A DNA stretch of 64,000 nucleotides, from positions 1,172 to 65,171 of the forward strand of contig JBOEGJ010000003.1 of NCBI GenBank assembly GCA_050633365.1, written 5' to 3'. Below the pieces are notes generated by a model. That model saw nothing but the letters and a program-made list of their open reading frames with translations, made no database searches and was not told the origin of the DNA. Source of the stretch: Cellvibrionaceae bacterium. Lineage in GTDB: Bacteria; Pseudomonadota; Gammaproteobacteria; Pseudomonadales; Cellvibrionaceae. Both the position numbers and the translations under genes were made by a program. Positions 37,691 to 46,982 of this stretch are shown piece after piece. Positions within the stretch are counted from its first letter, which is position 1; each line of letters opens with the position of its first letter.

Positions 37691-39109
37691 CTATTTGGCG
37701 CCCGCTGCGGTCTTCTTGCGAGGGATCCCCAGTCGCTGGCGTCGCTCCCATAGACACTTGCGGCTCACGCCAAGCTTTCTGGCTAGCTCGGTTTCGCTCA
37801 TGGTGTCTTGATGCTCTAGCACGAAGCGTTGGAAGTAATCTTCCAGCGATAGGTCTTCGTTGGGTTCGGGGGGCATGGCGGTTGTCGATGTGTTGCTCGA
37901 GCTGTGGGCCAAATGAACCTGTTGAATGATTTCATCTGAGCTGTCGCTGATTTGTACCAAGTCCAAATCGATGGCCAGTAGATCGTGGCTGATCTCCTTT
38001 TCATCCTCACAGAGAATTACCGCCCGTTGCATGGCATTTTCGAGTTCGCGAACGTTACCAGGCCAAGTATAGGTTGTTACCGCCTGTACAGATTCTGGTG
38101 AGAGTACCAGTGTGGGTTTGTTCATTTGCTCACAGAAGCGCTGCAATAAGCTCTCTGCCAAGCTGATGATATCTTTGCCTCGGTCTCTCAGGGGCGGAAG
38201 GGTCAGTTGGACTACATTAATCCGGTAGTACAAATCTTCTCGAAATTTGCCCTCTTGGCATAGTTTTCTTAAATCTCTGTGGGTCGCCGCAACTAGGCGC
38301 ACATTGACCTTGCGGGACTCAGTTGCGCCGATGGGGCGAACTTCACCTTCTTGCAGAACCCGTAACAATCGGGCTTGTGCTTCGAGCGGTAACTCTCCGA
38401 TTTCATCCAAGAATAGAGTGCCACCATCGGCGGCGGCGACAAGGCCTTCACTCTTGGCCGCAGCGCCAGTAAAGGCACCTTTTTCGTGACCAAATAATTC
38501 TGATTCGATCAGTGTTTCTGGGATAGCGGCGCAGTTCACGGAGATCATCGCCTGGTTGTTGCGCGGGCTTTCTGAGTGGATGGCTTTAGCGACCAACTCT
38601 TTACCGGTTCCGGTTTCGCCGTGAACCAAGACTGTCGCAGGGGTAGGTGCGACTTTGTGAATTCTATTATAGAGCGTCTTCATTACCGGGCTGGTGCCGA
38701 TCATGCCGGGTATTTGATGGCTAGAGGTCTTGCTCGGTTTCTTCTGACGTGCGGCGTCAGTGGCCTTGCCGATGACGCGTTTTACCGCAGTGACCATTTC
38801 GTCATGATCAAAGGGTTTGGCGATGTAATCGACAGCACCCAGGCGCATGGAGTCCACCGCTGAGCGCAAGCTGGCGTAGCTGGTCATGATCAATACCGGA
38901 ACTTCTCCGGCGGCTTTGATCATGTCAGTGCCAGGGGCGCCAGGTAGGCGAAGATCGCTGATGATTAAGTCGTAACGGGTCAAGTCGTGACGAGTTGTCG
39001 CCTCTTTTACCGACGCAGCCTCGCTCACCGTGTACTTATTGCGCTCTAGTAGCTTGCGCAGTGCAGTACGGATAATGACTTCATCTTCAACTACTAGGAT
39101 GTTACTCAT
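37691..39109 (-). CDS. cbrB: sigma54-dependent response regulator CbrB (REC-AAA+-HTH)
   Basis: SDLRLPG REC, GETGTGKE, GAFTGA, FLDEIGE, WPGNVREL; C-terminal ETELARKLGVSRKCLWERRQRLGIPR; directly downstream of the cbrA-like kinase. Confidence 0.9.
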   Translation of the reverse strand: MSNILVVEDEVIIRTALRKLLERNKYTVSEAASVKEATTRHDLTRYDLIISDLRLPGAPGTDMIKAAGEVPVLIMTSYASLRSAVDSMRLGAVDYIAKPFDHDEMVTAVKRVIGKATDAARQKKPSKTSSHQIPGMIGTSPVMKTLYNRIHKVAPTPATVLVHGETGTGKELVAKAIHSESPRNNQAMISVNCAAIPETLIESELFGHEKGAFTGAAAKSEGLVAAADGGTLFLDEIGELPLEAQARLLRVLQEGEVRPIGATESRKVNVRLVAATHRDLRKLCQEGKFREDLYYRINVVQLTLPPLRDRGKDIISLAESLLQRFCEQMNKPTLVLSPESVQAVTTYTWPGNVRELENAMQRAVILCEDEKEISHDLLAIDLDLVQISDSSDEIIQQVHLAHSSSNTSTTAMPPEPNEDLSLEDYFQRFVLEHQDTMSETELARKLGVSRKCLWERRQRLGIPRKKTAAGAK

Positions 39110-39166
39110 AGGCGCTTTGTTACCCAAGTTGTTACGAGAATGACCAGACAGGCGCCTAGTGTTACC

Positions 39167-42130
39167 TTAGTTGACCTCAGTTTCAAGCTGACGAGGCAAT
39201 TTAATGCGGATTTGGGTGCCAATGGTGCGTCCAGGTGCCGGGCTAATAAGCTCCAGATGCCCCTCGTGCTCCTCGACGATACTGTAGACCATGGCCAGGC
39301 CAAGGCCTGTTCCTTCACCTGGATCCTTACTGGTAAAAAAGGGCTCCAATACCCGCTCTTGATGCTCTTTCGGGATGCCGCTGCCTTCATCGGTCACTGT
39401 GACGACCATGTGGCGGCCCTCGTAGGCCCCATCGACCACAATTTCGCTGTTTTCAGGGCTGGCATCGCGAGCATTAGAGAGCAGGTTGATAAACACTTGA
39501 ATCAGGCGTTGAGGATCGGCCCTCACTAGGCTGTCTTCATTGAGGTGATTCACAAACCTGACCGGTTTTTTTTCTTTTTGTAGGGACAGAAGCTGGATGG
39601 CCTCTTCCGCGCAGTCGCGCAGTGGAACGCTCATGAAATCCGCTTTTTCCTGTTGCCCGGTGTGTGAAAAGCTCACCAGTGACTGAACAATACGGCCCAC
39701 GCGATCGGTTTGGCTGAGGATTTGTTCGGCCGTTTCAATCGCCGCTTGCGGGTCGTCGGTCTCGTAGCGCAGATTCTGGGCGAGACAGGCAATACCGGTG
39801 ATGGGATTTCCGATTTCGTGAGCGACACCGGCGGCAACTCGGCCAACCGAGGCAAGGCGCTCACTGTGCACGAGCTCTTGTTCTAGTAGCTGAGTCTCGG
39901 TCATGTCCTCCAATAGAATGACCTGGCCGTCGGCGGTATTGGCGGCGGGACCGGCAATATTAGCTTTATGCAGGCTGATCCAATGGGGGCGATCGCCGAG
40001 ATTGAGTTGGTGTTTGTGTAGGTGTGGCATCGGACTGAGGGAGAAATCTTCGAGTAGTTTTCGCCAGGGCGCTTGCAGGTCATCGAGGTGCGAGCCGATA
40101 ACGCGATCCCCGGAGATTCCAGTAAGCTTCTCCATGGCGTGATTCCACATGAGAATTTCCATATCTTGGCCCAGTGAACACACTGCCATTGGCAGCTCTT
40201 CCAGTGTGTTTCGGTGGTAGAGTCGCAAGTTGTTGAGCTCGGCCGCGAGGCCGGTCAGATGGCTGCGGTACTGGGTTAAGCGGTTTTCGATCAAATTAAT
40301 ATCCGCGGTGCCCTTTGCTTCAGGCAGGTGATAGGGGATTTTTCGATCGAGAATTTCATTGGCCACCGCGGTTCCCATCAGGCCAGATAAGTTGGCCTCG
40401 AGTTTATCTCTGAGTTGGCGCAGAGCATAAGGGCGGCGCTCATGGCTGGGCAGGTTGAGCTCTTCTAGGGCTTTGCGAACTTCCTTGCGGGCGGTCGAGC
40501 CTCCTAAGCTGTCACTCAGGCGATCGCTAAATTCATCGGCGCTGTGCACATCGAGAATCATCCGCAATGGATGACTGAGTTCATCTTCGGCGCACAATTC
40601 GGCGCTGTAGCGCTCTTCGACACTGGGTTGCGTCAGCAGTGAAATGGCGACGAAGGCACTGAGATTTATGCCTAGAGACAACAGCGTGATGGTATTCCAG
40701 TGTTCCATACCCACTGGAATGGAAAGCGATAGCAGGCTGATATCAATTTGGGTGATACCGCAAAGTGTGGGGATTAGCATGCTGCCTAGCCAAACGAGGC
40801 TGCCCAGTGTTAAGCCGATGATAAAGCCGCGAGAGTTGGCGTTGGGCCAATAAGCAACCGCTAAAATACCGGGTAAAAACTGTAAGGTTTCAATAAAGGC
40901 CATTAATGCCAAATGGGTGAGGCTTAACCGATTGGCGAGAATTAGATAAAAGATGTAGCCCATGGCAAACACCGCCATGATGACAAAGCGCCGCAGCCAC
41001 AGCAGTTGGTGGTAGAGGTTGCGACCGCGGCCCAGTCGAGTCGCGGGCAGAATCCATTGATTGAGTATCATGGTGCTGAGCGCCAATCCTAAAGACACCA
41101 TAGCGCCAGTGGCCGCGGATAGGCCGCCCAGAAACGCTAAAATGGTGAGTGATGGCGATTGCGCCAGCATGGGAATACCCAGAGTAAAATACTGAGCCGG
41201 TAGCGGCACGCCTAACTCGAATCCCGCCCACAGAATCGGAAAAATCGGCAGTGCCATGAGCAATAAAAACAGAGGAAATGCCCAGCTCAATGTCGAGGTC
41301 ATTTGTTTTAGCGGGCTCTCAACCACACTCATATGGAAAATGTGAGGCATGGCCACTGCGGTCGCGAGAAAGACCAGTAACAGTGTGTGTGAAGCGGTGT
41401 CTTTAATGGGACTGTGCAACAGTTCCAGGTTTTCTGGGTAGTCGAGTAGCCATTGGTCGAGTCCGTCCATTCCGCCAAAAACACCGTAGACCGCCAATAA
41501 ACCAATGGCGCACAGGGCGATGACTTTGACCAGAGTTTCAAAGGCCATGGCCACCACTAGCCCTGGGTGATGATCACGGCTCGATCCAAACAAAATGGTG
41601 AACAATGCCAGAATTACGCAATACCCTAGTGCCATAACCTCGCGAAAGCTCCACCCGCTGAAAGCCTCCGGCAGCGCTTGTGATTTATCCAGGGTGAGAA
41701 TTTGAAGCGTGTCGGCAACCGCTTGTATTTGCAGGGCCAGCAGCGGCAGGGAGGCCAGCAGCATGCATGCCGTCGCGAGCGATCCCGCGACTTGGCTGTG
41801 GTAGCGAAACACCAATAAATCGGCGAGGCTACTGATTTGAAAACGTCTTGCCAGTTGTGCCAGCGGCGCAATGGCCACGGGGGCGAAAAAAAACAAAGCG
41901 CCGGTACCGAGATAATAAGCTAGGGCGCCGTAGCCAAACTGAAACGCTAAATCAATGACGCCGTAAAATGCCCAGGCGCTGGCAAAAATACCCAGAGATA
42001 AGACGTAGGTCAGTGGATGACGAGAAATTTTCTGAGAGATGTAGCCTTTTTCGGCGCTGAACGCGATGGTGAAGAGGACGAATAAATAGGCGATGCCGAC
42101 TAAAGCAATTTCTGCAATTTCAAAGGTCAT
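39167..42130 (-). CDS. cbrA: CbrA-type sensor kinase (SLC5 transporter-like TM domain + PAS + HisKA/HATPase)
   Basis: About 13 TM segments, YVLSLGIFASAW, AHEIGNP, QVFINLLSNARDA, GTGLGL; start ATG 42130 overlaps the cbrX stop. Confidence 0.92.
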   Translation of the reverse strand: MTFEIAEIALVGIAYLFVLFTIAFSAEKGYISQKISRHPLTYVLSLGIFASAWAFYGVIDLAFQFGYGALAYYLGTGALFFFAPVAIAPLAQLARRFQISSLADLLVFRYHSQVAGSLATACMLLASLPLLALQIQAVADTLQILTLDKSQALPEAFSGWSFREVMALGYCVILALFTILFGSSRDHHPGLVVAMAFETLVKVIALCAIGLLAVYGVFGGMDGLDQWLLDYPENLELLHSPIKDTASHTLLLVFLATAVAMPHIFHMSVVESPLKQMTSTLSWAFPLFLLLMALPIFPILWAGFELGVPLPAQYFTLGIPMLAQSPSLTILAFLGGLSAATGAMVSLGLALSTMILNQWILPATRLGRGRNLYHQLLWLRRFVIMAVFAMGYIFYLILANRLSLTHLALMAFIETLQFLPGILAVAYWPNANSRGFIIGLTLGSLVWLGSMLIPTLCGITQIDISLLSLSIPVGMEHWNTITLLSLGINLSAFVAISLLTQPSVEERYSAELCAEDELSHPLRMILDVHSADEFSDRLSDSLGGSTARKEVRKALEELNLPSHERRPYALRQLRDKLEANLSGLMGTAVANEILDRKIPYHLPEAKGTADINLIENRLTQYRSHLTGLAAELNNLRLYHRNTLEELPMAVCSLGQDMEILMWNHAMEKLTGISGDRVIGSHLDDLQAPWRKLLEDFSLSPMPHLHKHQLNLGDRPHWISLHKANIAGPAANTADGQVILLEDMTETQLLEQELVHSERLASVGRVAAGVAHEIGNPITGIACLAQNLRYETDDPQAAIETAEQILSQTDRVGRIVQSLVSFSHTGQQEKADFMSVPLRDCAEEAIQLLSLQKEKKPVRFVNHLNEDSLVRADPQRLIQVFINLLSNARDASPENSEIVVDGAYEGRHMVVTVTDEGSGIPKEHQERVLEPFFTSKDPGEGTGLGLAMVYSIVEEHEGHLELISPAPGRTIGTQIRIKLPRQLETEVN

Positions 42131-42296
42131 TGGTGTTGCTTCGCTTCTGAAAAATAAACGCGGTGGTAATGAGAGCGGCCCAAATAATGTACGGGCGATA
42201 CCAAGCACCTTCGGGATTGACCATCCAGGTGAACAGCGTCGGCGAAAATATATACGCGACCAATAAAATCAGAATCAATAACCGCTGATTGTGCAT
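42120..42296 (-). CDS. cbrX: Small membrane peptide CbrX-like (58 aa), not in the ORF track
   Basis: MHNQRLLILILLVAYIFSPTLFTWMVNPEGAWYRPYIIWAALITTAFIFQKRSNTNDL; 11-nt overlap with the cbrA start. Confidence 0.85.
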   Translation of the reverse strand: MHNQRLLILILLVAYIFSPTLFTWMVNPEGAWYRPYIIWAALITTAFIFQKRSNTNDL

Positions 42297-42367
42297 GAAA
42301 GTTAGTACTTGCTTAAAGGCTAGGAAAAGTCGATGTTACTCAACTCTGTGGTCTGTTACCAATGGGG

Positions 42368-43282
42368 TCAGTCTGGCATTGGTGTTTGGTCTAGTTCGAT
42401 TTTGGTTGTGCGCGGCACTTTTGATCGCTGCCAATTTATCACGCCCCAGTTAAGCTGGGTCTCACAGTCTTCTTTTTGCAGGTTGGGCGGTGGTGCTAAT
42501 CCAAGCCGAGCCAGCGCAAGCCAGAGGTTGTCCGATGCCTGGGCGTTCGACAGTGGCTCGGCAAATGTCTGTTTGCTCAATTTTTGCCCCTGTGAATTGA
42601 CGATCACTGGCAAGTGGCCGTAGCTAGGTTGTGGCGCTCCGAATTGTTCAAACAAATACAACTGTCTCGCCGTCGATGACATCAAGTCGATGCCGCGAAT
42701 TACCTGCGTAATACCTTGATCGATGTCATCCACCGTGACTGCCAGTTGATAGGCGAACAGGCCGTCTTTTCGATGAATGACAAAGTCACCCACTTCGCGA
42801 TTGAGATGTTGCGTTTGATGGCCTTGAAACACATCTTCAAAACGGATCTCGCTGCCGGGTTTGAGTTTGACGCGAGTGGCGACAGGCTGTGATCTCTGCG
42901 GCACATGATGTCGGCAGTGGCCGTCGTAAGCGGGCAAATTCTTTAGTCGCTGGCGGTTGCAATCGCAGGGGTAGCACAGCTGTTTGGCTTTTAGTTCGGC
43001 GAGGCGCTCGTTATAGGCATTTTGGCGTTGGCTTTGGTAGATGACCTTCTGGTCCCAATGCAATCCATGGGTTTCAAGTGCTCTTAGGATCGAGTCGGCG
43101 GCGCCAGCTTGTTCGCGAGGTGGATCTAAATCTTCCATCCGCACCAGCCATTGCCCCTGTACTTGGCGAGCGTCGAGATAGGACGCGACGGCGGTCAATA
43201 GCGAGCCTTGATGAAGCTCGCCAGTAGGCGAAGGTGCAAAGCGACCAATGTAAGGTGAGCTGCTGCTGAGAGGTGTCGACAC
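42368..43282 (-). CDS. gluQ: Glutamyl-Q tRNA(Asp) synthetase
   Basis: GRFAPSPTGELH, RMEDLDPPRE, YQLAV, VIRGIDL, KLSKQ. Confidence 0.95.
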   Translation of the reverse strand: MSTPLSSSSPYIGRFAPSPTGELHQGSLLTAVASYLDARQVQGQWLVRMEDLDPPREQAGAADSILRALETHGLHWDQKVIYQSQRQNAYNERLAELKAKQLCYPCDCNRQRLKNLPAYDGHCRHHVPQRSQPVATRVKLKPGSEIRFEDVFQGHQTQHLNREVGDFVIHRKDGLFAYQLAVTVDDIDQGITQVIRGIDLMSSTARQLYLFEQFGAPQPSYGHLPVIVNSQGQKLSKQTFAEPLSNAQASDNLWLALARLGLAPPPNLQKEDCETQLNWGVINWQRSKVPRTTKIELDQTPMPD

Positions 43283-43312
43283 GGATGCGAGTCTACTGGT
43301 TGGGGAAAAACT

Positions 43313-43338
43313 AAAAAGGCGCTCTAGAGCGCCTTTTT
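43313..43338 (-). terminator. Terminator hairpin between dksA and gluQ
   Basis: Perfect 26-nt palindrome AAAAAGGCGCTCTAGAGCGCCTTTTT. Confidence 0.8.
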
Positions 43339-43352
43339 ATCGAGCGGATGGA

Positions 43353-43796
43353 TTAACCACCGACTTGACGTTCTTTGATCTCATCCAAGGTTTTGCAGTC
43401 GATACACTGGGTTGCCGTTGGGCGAGCTTCCAATCGACGAATACCGATATTGACTCCACAGGTTTCGCAGTAGCCGTAATCATCGTCTTCGATCAGCTGC
43501 ATGGTGCTGTCGATTTTTTTGATCAATTTACGCTCGCGGTCACGAGTACGCAGCTCTAAGCTAAATTCTTCTTCTTGGCTGGCGCGATCGGCGGGATCAG
43601 GAAAGTTGGCGGCCTCGTCTTTCATGTGAGACACGGTGCGGTCAACTTCTTCCATTAGTTCAGTTTTCCATGTTTGAAGCAGGCCACGGAAGTGATCCTT
43701 CTGTGCTTCATTCATGTACTCTTCACCCTTTTTCTCTTTGTAAGGAACGAATCCTCTCAGAGTGATACTGTCGGTGTTTTTAGAGCTTTTCGGCAT
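43353..43796 (-). CDS. dksA: RNA polymerase-binding factor DksA
   Basis: FPDPADRASQEEE, CETCG, RLEARPTATQCIDCK. Confidence 0.97.
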   Translation of the reverse strand: MPKSSKNTDSITLRGFVPYKEKKGEEYMNEAQKDHFRGLLQTWKTELMEEVDRTVSHMKDEAANFPDPADRASQEEEFSLELRTRDRERKLIKKIDSTMQLIEDDDYGYCETCGVNIGIRRLEARPTATQCIDCKTLDEIKERQVGG

Positions 43797-44228
43797 CTTC
43801 GTGCGCCTCGTTGTGTCTTCCAATATTATTCGTGAGGTTGGGGCGTTTCGCCCAATTTCAAGGCCATCCTCGCCCGATCGAGCAAGCTACCAGATCTCCC
43901 TTGAAGCCGCCAGCGTTTTCCCATGAAAAGCGGCAGACCAACTAGGTGTGAATTGGCGCAGGGCGCGGATACTGCGCCTCTCGGGTAAATCTGTCAACTG
44001 TAAAAAGGTTAAATCTCGATGTCGCAAGCATTTGTTTCCTCGAGATTGCAGTTTTAGCGTCAATTCATACACTAGGGGCAAATTTCGCGCCTTCTTGGTG
44101 CAGTCCGCGTGGCAGTCGGCAGTGCAGAGGTTTCTGCCTCGGCTGATGTGCGCGATCGTTGGTGCCTGGCGGATGTCGCGAGACCGAGGCGAGTTATAAA
44201 TGAATAAAGGATAGTTAAGGAGAGTGAC

Positions 44229-44948
44229 ATGCGTTTTGACCCGCCGTTCCAGCAGGGAGTTTTATTGAGGCGCTATAAACGCTTTCTTGCTGATGTACGC
44301 CTCGACAATGGTGACGAAATCACCATTCATTGCCCCAATACTGGCTCGATGAAAAACTGCCTAGCCCCAGAGAGCCCCTGTTGGTTTTCTGAGTCCGACA
44401 ATGCCAAACGCAAATATCCCAACACTTGGGAAATTGCCACTACCCCAGAAGGTGATTTGGCGGGAGTAAATACCGGCTTGGCCAATAAGTTGGTGGTGGA
44501 GGCGATTGAATCGGGGGTGATTGCCGAGCTGAAAGATTATCAGACCTTAAAAACTGAAGTGCGCTACGGAGAAGAAAAAAGCCGCATAGATATTTTTCTC
44601 TCTCATGACAGTCGTGATGATTGCTACGTTGAAGTCAAAAATGTGACCTTGCGAGAGGACACTGATGCGATCCAGGGGCGAGGACTCTTTCCAGATTCCG
44701 TCAGCGCGCGAGGCACTAAGCATCTGCGAGAGTTGGCGTTGATGGTTGAGCAGGGGCACAGAGCGGTACTGCTCTTTTGCGTGCAGCACTCCGGCATCAC
44801 TCAGGTTTCACCGGCGCAAGATATCGATCCTTTGTACGCGAGTACTTTGCGAGAGGTGATGGCAAAAGGCGTCGAGGTCTACGCCTATCAGGCGGCGCTG
44901 AGTGCCAGTGAAATTGTGCTGCAGCGTTCGCTGCCAGTGGTGGTGTAA
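44229..44948 (+). CDS. sfsA: SfsA family DNA/RNA nuclease
   Basis: RRYKRFLADV, HCPNTGSM, SRIDIFL, VEVKNVT, RGTKHLREL. Confidence 0.95.
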   Translation: MRFDPPFQQGVLLRRYKRFLADVRLDNGDEITIHCPNTGSMKNCLAPESPCWFSESDNAKRKYPNTWEIATTPEGDLAGVNTGLANKLVVEAIESGVIAELKDYQTLKTEVRYGEEKSRIDIFLSHDSRDDCYVEVKNVTLREDTDAIQGRGLFPDSVSARGTKHLRELALMVEQGHRAVLLFCVQHSGITQVSPAQDIDPLYASTLREVMAKGVEVYAYQAALSASEIVLQRSLPVVV

Positions 44949-44964
44949 CTTTCCCTCGCAAGCT

Positions 44965-45303
44965 TCAGGAGCTTGCGGATGGCTGGTTCAGCTCAATCCA
45001 TACATCGTCGTCGATGATTTGTGTGTGCAGGGCGATTAGCGATTGTCCACTGCAGGGGCCTGACACACAGAGTCCATCATCAATGGTGAATAAGGCGCCG
45101 TGAGTTGAGCATTGAATCAGCTCCCCATCGATGTCGAGAAACCTATCGGGTAGCCATTCTAGCGCGATGCCTAGGTGGGGGCACTGATTGCGGTACACGT
45201 AGACATGGGCGTCTTGTCGCACCGCAAAGATGGCTTCTTCACCGATATTAAAGCCCTTACTGGATGGATTTTTTAAGTCATCTAAAGCGCAGAGTTTGTG
45301 CAT
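44965..45303 (-). CDS. Rieske (2Fe-2S) small ferredoxin-like protein
   Basis: NQCPHLG and QCSTHGALF motifs, GPC. Confidence 0.92.
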   Translation of the reverse strand: MHKLCALDDLKNPSSKGFNIGEEAIFAVRQDAHVYVYRNQCPHLGIALEWLPDRFLDIDGELIQCSTHGALFTIDDGLCVSGPCSGQSLIALHTQIIDDDVWIELNQPSASS

Positions 45304-45338
45304 AGTTCCATGGTTTATTGATGGCGTGAGTCGGGCGT

Positions 45339-46379
45339 TTATGGTGTCGACTTGGCTAAAGTTAACTGAGTGTGTCTGACCTTGCCGCCGCGCACAAAGT
45401 CCAGTTTAACACGATCTCCAGGCTTGTATTTCTCCAGCGCACTGAGAAGATCGTCGTAGTTTTCGACCACTTCCGACCCCAATCCAATGATGACATCTCC
45501 CAGCACTACCGATCCCCATTGATTGCGCTTTACTCCTTGCAGACCTGCCTTTGCTGCCGGTGCTCCGCGGCTCACTTTTAAGATGGGCACACCTTTGAGT
45601 CCGTATCTTTGTGCCCAGTGACTGGGACCAATTTCAATGCCCAAAGAAGGGCGTTGAAGGCGACCATTGGCGATTAGGTTCGGGACAATGCGCTTTACCG
45701 TATTGATGGGGATCGCAAAACCGATGCCTACACTGGCGCCGCTGGGACTATAAATTGCTGTGTTAATACCAATGAGTTCGCCGTTCGAATTAATCAGTGG
45801 ACCACCGGAGTTACCGGGGTTGATGGCGGCATCGGTTTGAATAACATTGCGGATGGTGCGTTGATTACTCGATTGAATTTCTCGCTCCAAGGCGCTGACT
45901 ACTCCTACGGTCAGGGTTGTATCGAGGCCAAAAGGATTGCCGATGGCCAGCACTTTGTGGCCTACGCTCAAACGATTTGAATCCCCCAGAGGCAGTGCCG
46001 AGAGTTTATCCGCCGGCGCCTGGATTTTTAGTACGGCTAGATCTTTTGAGGGGGCGATGCCGACCACCTTTGCCGGCCAGCTGCTTTGGTCTTGTAGGGT
46101 AATGGTGATTTTGTTGGCACCATCGATGACGTGGTAATTGGTAATGATGGTTCCATCTTGATTCCAGATCACCCCCGTGCCGGTACCTCGAGGTACAGCT
46201 CGCACATCGTAGCTGTAGCGATCTCGGACTATGGTTTGATTGGTAACGTAAACCACCGAAGGGCTGGCATGTTGAAAAACTTGGATGGTATTTTTTTCGT
46301 CGTCGGTAGAAAACCGCTGGGCGAAAGTCGAGGCTGCCATAAGTAACGATAGGGTGCCGATCAACAGTCGTTTTAGCAT
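45339..46379 (-). CDS. HtrA/HhoA-type periplasmic serine protease with one PDZ domain
   Basis: Signal peptide; TNYHV, DLAV, AAINPGNSGG triad; C-terminal PDZ. Confidence 0.93.
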   Translation of the reverse strand: MLKRLLIGTLSLLMAASTFAQRFSTDDEKNTIQVFQHASPSVVYVTNQTIVRDRYSYDVRAVPRGTGTGVIWNQDGTIITNYHVIDGANKITITLQDQSSWPAKVVGIAPSKDLAVLKIQAPADKLSALPLGDSNRLSVGHKVLAIGNPFGLDTTLTVGVVSALEREIQSSNQRTIRNVIQTDAAINPGNSGGPLINSNGELIGINTAIYSPSGASVGIGFAIPINTVKRIVPNLIANGRLQRPSLGIEIGPSHWAQRYGLKGVPILKVSRGAPAAKAGLQGVKRNQWGSVVLGDVIIGLGSEVVENYDDLLSALEKYKPGDRVKLDFVRGGKVRHTQLTLAKSTP

Positions 46380-46653
46380 ACGAAGTCCTTTCAGTATTTA
46401 GGGGTGAAGCGGCGCAAGAGCTTGCGAGGGGGCAAGGCTAATGCTGTTGTAACGAATTTAACGCGTTCGTGACTAGGCATCCGCCAACAACTTCATCTAT
46501 AGCCTAAGATGTGTTGTGAAGAGAAAAATTCAATCGGATTGTATGGCTAGAAGGTAAAAAAGTGTAACCCGTGGATGCTGCGGGTCAAGGTGAGCAATCG
46601 GCAGCGATGATAAGCAGGTAGATGCAGTTGCGCGATATGGACAAGATATGGCT

Positions 46654-46755
46654 AAAAAAAGGGGCCACCTTTTCGGGTGGCCCAACAACCGTGATTAGCC
46701 TGTTTAGGAGAGAAGGTCATGAGGACCTAAACTCAACCGCCTCTTTCGAAGCGAT
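46654..46755 (-). ncRNA. prrF: PrrF-like iron-responsive sRNA (about 102 nt)
   Basis: Minus-strand core CTCCTAAACAGGCTAATCACGGTT resembles the PrrF seed as I recall it; 5' GAAA-tetraloop hairpin, terminator GGGCCACC/GGTGGCCC + 7 U, Fur-box-like sigma70 promoter. Confidence 0.85.
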
Positions 46756-46761
46756 GGGGTA

Positions 46762-46809
46762 ATAATAATCGTTCTCAGTTATTTGTCAATAAAAATAATT
46801 CTCATTTGT
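46762..46809 (-). promoter_or_regulatory. sigma70 promoter overlapped by two Fur-box-like sequences
   Basis: TTGACA (46789-46784), 16 nt, TATTAT (46767-46762); ACAAATGAGAATTATTTTT and ATAACTGAGAACGATTATT match 12/19 and 11/19 of GATAATGATAATCATTATC. Confidence 0.78.
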
Positions 46810-46982
46810 ATTTGTGAGTGTTTCGAGAACAATTAGGAGTGGTATTGATGGTCGTGCGGGTACCAAGAAACCGTCAGCCTAGGGTAAGGCTGAGGGGGAC
46901 GATTGTGACAAGTCGGAAATCGCAGGCTGCCAAGTGAGTGATGGCAAAAAAACAGAGTTTTCCTTGGCGATGCCGTGTCAGC

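Noticed and set aside
39167-42208. Longer cbrA start at 42208
   Set aside because: The extension overlaps cbrX; the ATG at 42130 coupled to the cbrX stop is the more plausible start
46380-46980. Second tandem PrrF copy (PrrF1/PrrF2-type arrangement)
   Set aside because: The seed CAGGCTAATCACGG was found only once in this interval
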